Positions 41,611 through 51,047 of a stretch of 64,000 bases of DNA are shown here, one piece after another (within the stretch, counting starts at the first letter, position 1; each line of letters begins with the position of its first letter). This stretch comes from Macrostomum lignano (lineage: Eukaryota). The notes beneath the pieces were generated by a model. That model was not told where the DNA came from and did not search any database. It saw only the letters and a list, made by a program, of their open reading frames with translations. The stretch covers positions 62,001 to 126,000 of the forward strand of contig NIVC01002935.1 in the NCBI GenBank assembly GCA_002269645.1, in the 5' to 3' direction. The translations under genes were made by a program, and so were the position numbers.

Positions 41611-43154
41611 TCCACTCGAAAGACTTCCTTTTCAAAATTTATCCAGAGTATACCACTACGAAAAATCTAAAGAAAGTAAACAATTGGTTTCAAATTAATT
41701 CAGATTTCTTGAGAAAGTGAAAAGTCCTGGTAAAATACATCCACCAATAAATAATCATCCCATTACGTGTGCGTGTGTAATATATAAATACTATCTCATT
41801 CGTCATTGAACTGAGATTGTGACATTAAAATAAAAGAAAAATGGAATTCTGTCTTGACATAAAAATTGACTAATGATAAATAGATAACTCTAAACATAAG
41901 CGCGTGTAGATAGAAAACTAGAAATTGTATAGATAGACGCCAGTCTCCTCATGGAAGTATGATAACACGTAGCTACATGTAGAACTGCAAGGCAAAGCCA
42001 TTTGCGATCACTAAGAATGTATTAACTTTCCTCTCAGAATAATAACCAGACCGTACCAGCTACAATAGAAGGCTAAATGACTAATGGAACACATGTGCCT
42101 ACCTTTCTAAGAATTTAAATCACGGGAGCTCTCAAAAGCTCTAGAATAAAACACGTTGAAACGATGTAAGTTTTTAAGCTATTTTTCTATGAAAACTGGG
42201 ACTTTCATGAATTTTATCCGTGGAACTAACGTATGATATAAGGTAATAATAGAAAAAACAGCCGATACCTGTAAATAAGTTGCTGTAATAATAAATATGT
42301 ACACAGAAATAGCAAATCGCTAAAGTTTCAGGCTCGAGATTCTTGTAGATAATTATTTAATTAGATGTTATTAACTGATTTACCCGGATAACATATCAAA
42401 TTAGGCTGATGGCGGTTCATAGGCGCGATTGTCGTACGGATACCTGGTCGCACCCGGCTGCTTGCCTGGGTCGGTGTCCGGCTCCACTCGGCCAGGTACG
42501 CTGCACTCCTGGTTGCTTAGTGTGGGTGGCGCTGCAGAAGTGCGTAGGGAGTACGAGGAACGTGGATTGTTTTTTCAGACAATCAGACTACTCAAGTAGT
42601 GCAAAAGAGTACGTGCAACTACCGAGAAATCTAATTTTCGTAACCGCTCCGGTGCAGGTCCTGGCTATAGATAGTAGACGTAAAATAATAATGAAGAGAA
42701 AACTGCCAGATGGAGAGAAAGTGCATGGCTTGCGAGTGCAGTATCGCCTAGACCACGAGTGCGCGTAGAGTGTCCATGGCATCGATGCACTAGCAAGCCG
42801 TACATTTTATCACATTGTCAACTAAGCTAGCTAGACAACTGTGGGATTTTTCCATAGACAATTCAAACCGTCAGCGTAGAATAATGCCCATCGTCTATGA
42901 CAAAAAGCATATTCAAAGCACATTGTTGCACGAATGTACGATTTCGAATTGTGGAATAATGAATGCACAGCGTGGGACACTGACGGCAAACTTGTTAAAA
43001 ATGAACACTAAAAATCGTGATATATGAATCACGAATACGTCATTTTGAATTTTCGACGAGCGCCAGCAGGCCGACGTTGCGTATCACAGAGATGAATAAA
43101 TGGGCAAAACACTGCAATCCGCCATTGTACCAAATAACAGAGCCTACTTAAGTA

Positions 43155-43211
43155 ACTTACTCTAAAATAATATTGAACGCGAATGTTACCGCAGCCTTGC
43201 TCCTCAGTCAC
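43155..43211 (-). pseudogene. Arrestin_C terminal-strand fragment (GCGNIRVQYYFR)
   Basis: Matches the C..I.V.Y.L.V pattern of ARRDCs and ends at AGA|gtaagt. The link to the previous exon is unclear. Confidence 0.55.
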
Positions 43212-43271
43212 TCAGGACACCAATCAGCCTTTAAGCAAACCAGGCGGTATAGGCAATATGTAACTTGGTAC

Positions 43272-43685
43272 CTGATAAATCTCCAGCTTAACACTCTGCA
43301 AGGCGGTCTTGCTAAAATTGGAAATCTCCCCAGTAACATGCACGTGCTCCCCTGGCACGAAGGCCTTTTTAGGCAGCTCGACGCGGACTAGAACTTCGCC
43401 GTAGCAACTGCTGCAATTAAAACAGATACAGGCATTACAGGTGACATTAAACTCTCCGGTAGCGTTGTATGGTCCGATTTCTTCCGGCCGACAGAAATTC
43501 AAATCGAAATCGCGGATAACAGTAAAAAAACTTCTTGGCCATATTGCTCTTATTCCACGACCGGTCCATTCTCGCCTGGATGTAGTAACGGATGTTCCCT
43601 ATGCTGCTTTCGAAGGATGCCGGAGCCGTTGGCGGCAATTGAAAGGAAACTGGATAGATAAATTCGCCAGCCGGGTGATGGTTGT
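43272..43685 (-). pseudogene. Arrestin-domain (ARRDC/alpha-arrestin-like) exon with a frameshift
   Basis: HPAGEFIYPVSFQLPPTAPASFESSIGNIRYYIQARMDRSW (Arrestin_N end), then TVIRDFDLN...CYGEVLVRVELPKKAFVPGEHVHVTGEISN (Arrestin_C). The frames join if the A7 run at 43524-43530 is A6. Donor CAG|gtacca. Confidence 0.85.
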
Positions 43686-44200
43686 CTGTGGGGGCTGTGA
43701 AAGTTTATTGTGAACAGCGACGGAATCATTGAAAAACTCAAACTGGACAGAAATTTTGGCTATTTCGGAAATGGCTCAAAAAAGCTTTAGATGAAAACTG
43801 TAAATGGGAAACTAATTGTTATTGAATTCTAAGCTGCAATGCAGTATTGTGCTATGCTGCCAGAAGCCATTGAACTATTGTGCTATGACGTAATTTAGGT
43901 CGGAGTCATTTATGATGTATGATCGGACGGTGCAAGTTTCATAAGAATCGGTTGAGCCAATTCTTCTAAAATAAGTCACATAGCTACCTAGAAATAACTC
44001 ATTAAGTATACACCATTTTACCCTCAAATACCCTCCTCGCCTTTGAACAAAATCCGTTTCACTTTAGACAGTCGGAACTTCAGTTTAGACACTTTTAGTA
44101 GACTGGAGCCCCGAATCTACATTCACTATCGACAAACTCCGTTTCAGTATCGACAGCTAAGCTTTGTGGTGCTACAATTCTATCTATTTACATAGGCAAG

Positions 44201-44403
44201 TGTTATAAGTTTAGCATTTCGAGTGACCGAGACTTAATAACGCAGGAGCTGCTAAAAAGATGCGGCATGCAGGCGCGTGTATTTTTCTTGATCCATTATA
44301 ACGCGCGGACCTTGGCTCTTCTTTGCCCAGAGCTGAACTGAACAGTGTTAATGTCCATAGACATAAAATAACATTTTCGAATATCATGCACTTATACACA
44401 ACA
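44201..44403 (-). repeat. 3' LTR
   Basis: TGTTATAAG...TACACAACA; no difference from 48383-48585 seen by eye. Confidence 0.95.
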
Positions 44404-44476
44404 CCCCGACCAAAGATTCCAAACAATGAAGTTAGTTTTACTGGGTCAATCTGTTCACAAGATACGCTTGTAGCAG

Positions 44477-47400
44477 TCAGTAGTAAGTCAGTCTGTCGGG
44501 TGTTTTGCGTAGACGAGTACTCTGTCGAAAAACCCGTGGATTGGCTGTTGCATGAGAATTTGGCAAATCGGGTACGATTGGTACTGAAGCACCGGAGGAA
44601 GGAACAGGAGACTCATCAGACTCCGGGGTAGTTTGAACCGGTGGTCCCTCATCCGCCGTGGCCGTCCTCGCATTGATGTCAGATTGATGCACCATTCTGT
44701 TTCGGCTATCAGTAGATGTATTTGAACCGAACTTGGAAGTGATCTTCTCCCCAGCCTTGCTAGATTTAGTCTCGATGCGGATGTAGACTGGTTTGGAAGA
44801 GTCTTCCGCTGGCTGATGCAGTTCTGTGCACGTAGCTGATAGACGGGTACGTGGAATTTTTATAAAACTTGACTGGCAGGAATCGCACCGATTGAAGAAG
44901 GTGTGGTGTTTTGTCTTAAGCAGAAAGAAGCAACTGAGTGTTCCACATCGACTTCACCAGATGAACACTTGAGAGCCATCTTAAAAACTTGAATAATGCG
45001 CTCAACGAGACCGTTGGACTGGTGGTGCCCAGGTGGCGTGAGGATTTGTTGAATTTTGTTTGATTTCAGAAATGATTGAAACTCCTCAGATCGAAAGTTG
45101 GTCCCGTTGTCGGTCACCAGAAACTTGGGCAACCCAACGTATTTGAAAGTCTTTCGACACACACTGATAACCGAAGAAGACGTGATGGATCCAAGTGTCT
45201 GAATGTCGATCCAGCGCGAAAAAGCGTCAACCAGCACCAGGAACTTGTAGTCCTTGTAGAAAGCGATGTCCAGGTGAACGCGCTCGAAAAACTCTCCAGC
45301 ATCAGACCAGCTAGCCAGATTTGCATTGGGCTTTTTCCTGGCGTTTAGCTGGCAAATCGGGCACCTCTGGACAAAACTGTTGATGCTCAGGTCGATTGAA
45401 GGCCACCAGAAATATTGGCGCGCAACTCGGATCATCCTCACGATTCCTGGATGTCCTTCATGAAGCAGGTTCAGGATTTCGCGCCTCAGTTGAGATGGTG
45501 GTACAATCCGAATGCCTCTGAAGACAATTCCGTTCTGTATTGTGTACTCGGATCGATCCTTGCTGTATGGAAGCATGTGTTTGGGAGGGTATTCTGGCCA
45601 GCCTTGTGTTATGAACTTTTTCAGCAGAACTATTTCAGAATCTTTTGAATGGGAAATACGTTTGAGAAGTTCTTCGGAATTTCTGAATTCTTCGAGGTTG
45701 TTTATCTCCAGTAGATTCACTGAATTTACGATAGGACATTTTCCAGTACTTGGGATTCTCGACAAGGTATCAGCTGCAAACATTGTCTCCCCCTTTGAAT
45801 AGATGACTTGGTAGTTGTAGGCGCTCAAAGTCAATGCCCAGCGCTGCAATCTGGCTGATACGCGCTCTGAGATCTTGCCAGGATTGAAAATAAACATTAG
45901 TGGGCGATGATCGGAAATTATCTTAAAGTGTCGACCTGCTAGGAACTGGTGATAATATTTAACACCTTCGACAATGGCAAGTGCTTCGCGTTCGATATTC
46001 GAGTAATTCGACTCAGCGGATGTTAGTATTCGGCTTGCGAGCCAGACGACTTGCTGCTGATTTTCATCGTGGGAAAGCACATAACCAATTCCGTCTTTAG
46101 AGGCATCGCACGTCAAAAACAGAGGTTGGGTGATGTCATAAGATACGATTTTGCCTTGAGGTATACTGGATTTTAACTTCTGATAAGCATCTGTGTGAAG
46201 GTCGGTCCAATTCCATGGTACATGCTTTTTTAGAAGATGGTAAAGTGGTTTTGCGATGAGTGAGAAATTCGGGCAGAACAATCCGTAGTGACGCAAGGTA
46301 GACACCGCACTCCTTAGTTGATCTTTGTCTCTTGGTTCTGCCAACTCATTTAGTGCCTTGACCCTTGCAGGATCTGGTTGCAGTTGACCATTAGTGAGTA
46401 CGAAGCCCAAGAACTTGACGCGATCCTTGAACTCCTGAGACTTGTGGACATTAATTTTAAACCCATGTTGAGCAAGTCTGCCCTTTACCAGTGAAAGAAC
46501 TCTGTGATGCTCACTAGCGCTTGGAGTCCCGATTACGATGTCATTTTGGTAAGAAGCTACGTATGGTATACCTCTCAGCAGTTTATCCATCACCTCTTGA
46601 AATATTAACGGAGCGGCGGATATTCCGAACTGCATCTTTCGGAATGCAAAATGGCCCACATGAGTGGAAATACAAGTCAATCGTTGGCTGTCCTCCGATA
46701 ATTCAATCTGCAAGTACGCGTCTTCTAAATCGATCACAGAATAGTGCTTTGCATTTGGAATAGCTGCTAGAATCTCCTCAAGCTTAGGAAGTTTGTACTG
46801 ATCAGGATCGATGAGCCTGTTCAGCGTCACCGAGTAATCTCCACAGATTCGGATGGGTCTGGCCGACCCTTCGGGCTTGAGAACGGGTACTATTGGACAC
46901 GAAACGGTAGGGTTTTCCACAGGGTAGATTATACCAGCAGAAAGCAGTCTGCTCAATTCGGCCTCCACCATAACTTTCATGGAAAATGGCAGAGAACGAG
47001 CACGGTAACACATTCCTTCGAATGAGGCGTTGTTTTTAAGTCGAAAGCTAGCGGTAAACTCATCAGAATTGTTGCAGGTAACTGGACTGCACTTCAGATC
47101 GATCTCCGGGATGAGAGAAAATGCTTTGATGAAGTTCATTCCCAGAATGCACTGTGTGCCGGGCTGTCCGACTAGGATATCGCCAACGGCGCTGTTACCG
47201 CTGCTGTCCGTGACGGTCGCATTTCTCAGTACGCCTAACGCGGTTGTACTCAGGCCACCGTAAACCTTCAAAGCTAATGTGGAATCTTTCTGAATTTCGA
47301 AACCGGTTTTGATGGCTAGGTCCTTTGGTAAAGCTGTGATTTGGCTGCCCGTGTCGATACACATTCTTGCTCTAAGATAGCCGATCTGAAAGTCCTTGTG

Positions 47401-48282
47401 CCACAAAAGACTGCTGCTAGCTGCAATTCCGATGGATAGCGTTTGAGCAAAATCGTCAGCCTCTGTGCCTTTTGTCAGCTCAGTGCAATTTATCTTTTTG
47501 TCACCAGAACGACAAACTGGCGCGATGTGACCCTGCTTTCCGCACTTGTTGCAGGAGGAATTTCTGAATTTGCAGGTTGACCTCAAGTGCCCAGGTTTGC
47601 CGCATGAAAAACAAACTCCTTTCGGACGTTCCATTGCGATTGGTCGAAGCTTCTGGGCAAGACCAGGTTTCGGCGCGAATTTGTTGAGGCCGTCACTGGT
47701 CCTTTGGCTTGAGTTTTTCTTCTTGTGCGGAATTTTTACACTGGCGATTGTATTGTGAGCCTTGGTAGCTACATGAACCGACTCTGACAGAAGCGCATCA
47801 CGCAAGGCATCTTCAAGAGAGAGCTCGTCCTTTGTCAGCAGTTTTTGACGTAGGGACTGGTTGGAGAGTCCGAAGATGAACTGAGATAAAATGAGATCAT
47901 TGGCCAGGTCACCAAACTCACACTTAATAGCCTGATTTTTTAAACGCTCGACGTAAGTCGCTATAGGTTCTCCGGCCTTCTGAGTCATGGCGTGTAAAAC
48001 ATGGCGCTCGAAATGCAGTAGGCGCCGTGGTTTTAAGTGATCCAGGATGGCCTTCTTGATCTGCTCGAAGGTGCACGCACGATTAGTGACTTCTTTTGGT
48101 TGCATTAGTGTTTCCGCTAAGGTGAATGCTGAAGTGCCGCAGGTAGCTAGAAATACCGCCTTCGCATGATCATCGGTCCGTCCGGTAGCAGTGAGGAAGA
48201 ATTCGAACCGTTTGAAGTACTGCTCCACCTCAGGGTACTGCATTGGCATGTCGCCAAGCTTAAACTCGAGAGACGCGGCCAT
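44477..48282 (-). CDS. Gag-Pol polyprotein (two CCHC knuckles, protease, RT, RNase H, integrase)
   Basis: CFSCGKPGHLRSTC and CNKCGKQGHIAPVC; IDTGS protease; RT with YQND; LTCDASKDGIG RNase H; HHCC and D,D(35)E-type integrase. Stated ORF stops at 44860, but a +1 T in the run at 44864-44867 reads through IPRTRL...RQSTRLRKTPDRLTYY* to 44477. Confidence 0.9.
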
Positions 48283-48370
48283 TTCCGAAATTACAGGTGT
48301 TGCAGGATTTGAGTCCGGGATATAGACTCCTATTTCAATCAGAGCGGTCAGCTTGAAGAATTAGTGCCGA

Positions 48371-48382
48371 TCCTCGTCGCCA
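48371..48382 (-). promoter_or_regulatory. Primer binding site TGGCGACGAGGA
   Basis: Immediately follows the 5' LTR and starts with TGG, complementary to a tRNA 3' CCA end. Confidence 0.85.
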
Positions 48383-48585
48383 TGTTATAAGTTTAGCATT
48401 TCGAGTGACCGAGACTTAATAACGCAGGAGCTGCTAAAAAGATGCGGCATGCAGGCGCGTGTATTTTTCTTGATCCATTATAACGCGCGGACCTTGGCTC
48501 TTCTTTGCCCAGAGCTGAACTGAACAGTGTTAATGTCCATAGACATAAAATAACATTTTCGAATATCATGCACTTATACACAACA
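48383..48585 (-). repeat. 5' LTR
   Basis: Identical to 44201-44403. Confidence 0.95.
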
Positions 48586-48970
48586 GCAAGTAAGGAAACG
48601 CACATCCAGATCTAGGCGAAACTCCCTTTCACTTTCGACAAACGCCACTTCTCCTTAAACACTTTATGGTCTAAGCTGCTGAAACTCCGTTTCACTTTAG
48701 TCAACCAACATTCAAGATAGACAAGATACATTCACTTTAGACAGATTCTTAGATGCGTCATTTGTTTACGCCTAGTGTTGGCTGAAAGAGGGGTTTTGAC
48801 CATAGATACCTTTTAAGACACCCTTTTCGCCCCTTTAAACAGTGTGGGGCGGCAGGGTCGCCGGCCAAACCTTCCGAACTTCCGAACCAAAGTCTCAGCC
48901 TACTCTCCCTTCGCTCCAAACACTGAAGCTTATTCGCTAAAGATATTCGCTAAAGCAAGCCCTGAAAAAG

Positions 48971-50106
48971 ATGGAGGACAGTGAAGATTCGTACCTAAAA
49001 GAGGAGCCTGGTTACGAAGACGAAAGTGAAAGCGACTTTGAAGAGCAGGCTCCAGCGCAACAGCAACAGCCAGTGAGCAACCATGACAGGCAGCGACAAT
49101 TCTCTCCGCTTACCAGAAGGGCGAAGATTTTATCCTACTGGCCTCTCAAATTTGCATCAAGAGAACGACCGCATATTCCATTGTGAGGAGTGGACGAGTG
49201 GAGAAGCTTTCGTGCGGCGGAGCCAAGAACGTGAAGTGGGATGGTGAGATGCAAGAATATTTGTGCGCAATCGTGGAGCAGAATCCATTGCTGACTCTGA
49301 AAGAGATGAACACCATGCTCGGACAAGCTTTTCCTGAGAAGCAACATGTCTCAGAAAAGACACTCAGGAGCATAAAACTCGACGGTGCACTGTTCACAAC
49401 GAAGCTGGCACGAGATCTTCCAGCTGAGCGCAACTCGCCAAGGGTTGTAGCCGCTCGTGAGCAATTTGCTCAATTGATTTGCAATTGATCAGATCAGATC
49501 TTTATTGACGAGTTTGGCTTCAACACATGGATTCGGCGATCCTATGGACGATCTCTTCGTGGACAGCGCGTGTACCGACAGGTTTCTGGACAGAAGGGAC
49601 AGCGTATCACCGTCTGCCTGGCAGTAAGCCCGGCTGCTGGAATCGTGCACTTCCAGTCATACGACAGCGGCATGACAAAGGAGAGATTCGGCGAGTTTCT
49701 CACAATCACAATCACCAACTTCCACAGCGTGTTTCCGGACAGCAGCATCAGTGTTGTCATAGACAACGTCAGCAGCCACAATGACGCCGAAAGCTACGAG
49801 GTCGAAGACGCTGTGGAAGTGAGACGACTGCCACCCTACAGTCCATTTCTCACCCCAGTTGAGAACGCGATATCATGCTGGAAGGCGGCTCTGAAGCGTC
49901 GACTGTCGGCGATCCAAGATTCCTTCATCAGGCCGACCGAGCAGCAGCTTGCTGGTCGCAGCCAGGCGGCGTACCGCCGAGACATTCTACTCTGTGAGGT
50001 GGACGGCACCGCCAACTGCATCACTCCAGAGAAAGTGGCACGGTGGCTCAGCCATTGCTTCAGGTATCTGCCACGGTGCTTGACGTCTCAGCCAATTGAT
50101 GGCTAA
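48971..50106 (+). pseudogene. IS630-like DDE_3 transposase, DD32E spacing, one frameshift and one stop
   Basis: HTH ILSAYQKGEDFILLASQICIKRTTAYSIVR; FIDEFGFN (D 49507); VVIDNVSSH (D 49762); LPPYSPFLTPVE (E 49861). Frameshift near 49097; TGA at 49486-49488. Confidence 0.88.
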
Positions 50107-50912
50107 TGGAAATCAGAACCCATCGCTGAACTATCGCTGCGCATCTGCTGGCTTTGCCGTTTTAATCACGACGCTGTTAAAAAAACATTTTTCGGAAGTC
50201 CTGCATTCTCAAATGCCTTTTAAATTAGGCCACCAAACTAACTGTTTATTGATAAAAAATCCTCGATGTAGGCCATCTTCCGTTACAATGAAAGTTTTTA
50301 TCCTTGGAAATTTCCATGAACATGCTTAATAAACCTTTGCACACCTCCCGTGTGAGTTCATGTCTAAAGTGAATGTATCTTGTCTATCTTGAATGTTGGT
50401 TGACTAAAGTGAAACGGAGTTTCAGCAGCTTAGACCATAGACTGTCTAAGGAGAAGTGGCGTTTGTCGAAAGTGAAAGGGAGTTTCGCCTAGGATGTGCG
50501 ATGTGCGTTTCCTTACTTGCCTATGTAAATAGATAGAATTGTAGCACCACAAAGCTTAGCTGTCGATACTGAAACGGAGTTTGTCGATAGTGAATGTAGA
50601 TTCGGGGGCTCCAGTCTACTAAAAGTGTCTAAACTGAAGTTCCGACTGTCTAAAACTACACTGTAAAATGGTGTAGTGGTGGTAGAGGATGAGTGGATAT
50701 AAAAACGAAAGGCACTTATGAGAGTCCATAAAAGCGATATGTGTGATTTTCGCACAAAAGCCGAAGCCTTAATTTATGCCTCGAAACTGTGGGATTTTTC
50801 ATAAAAATAAACATACAATTTAACGAGTCACGTGACATGACACATATATGCAATATAATGAAAATACATCATATTGGGCAGGTGATGGCTCAAAACAGCA
50901 AAATCCACTTAC

Positions 50913-51047
50913 TGTAAATGTACACCGTCTCATCGATGTACTTTTCTTGTCAGCTGTAGTGCACGGTCTCACTTGAATCATCGCCTCCTGACTGCACCTG
51001 CTCAGTCCAGTGCACACTTGAGTCACCAAACAGCCTAACGTACACAG
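50913..51047 (-). pseudogene. Upstream Arrestin_N exon of the same gene with an in-frame stop (missed by the ORF track)
   Basis: ttacag|CT GTG TAC... gives VYVRLFGDSSVHWTEQVQSGGDDSSETVHYS*QEKYIDETVYIY; TGA at 50950-50952. Donor A|gtaagt is phase 1, matching the exon at 43685. Confidence 0.8.

Larger units (their letters stand above)
44201..48585 (-). mobile_element. Full-length Ty3/Gypsy LTR retrotransposon, Mag-like (4385 bp)
   Basis: Two identical 203 bp TG...CA LTRs, 5 bp TSD GCAAG (44196-44200 and 48586-48590), a PBS and a single Gag-Pol ORF. Confidence 0.95.
44011..50673 (+). mobile_element. IS630/Tc1/mariner-superfamily DNA transposon (~2.27 kb without the nested LTR element)
   Basis: TA|CACCATTTTAC ... 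GTAAAATGGTG|TA termini. A ~290 bp inverted repeat (44063-44200 plus 48591-48743 versus 50361-50654) flanks a DDE transposase. Confidence 0.88.

Noticed and set aside
50950-50952. TGA as selenocysteine or programmed readthrough in the arrestin exon
   Set aside because: The aligned position is not a Cys in ARRDCs, I saw no SECIS, and the gene has other lesions.
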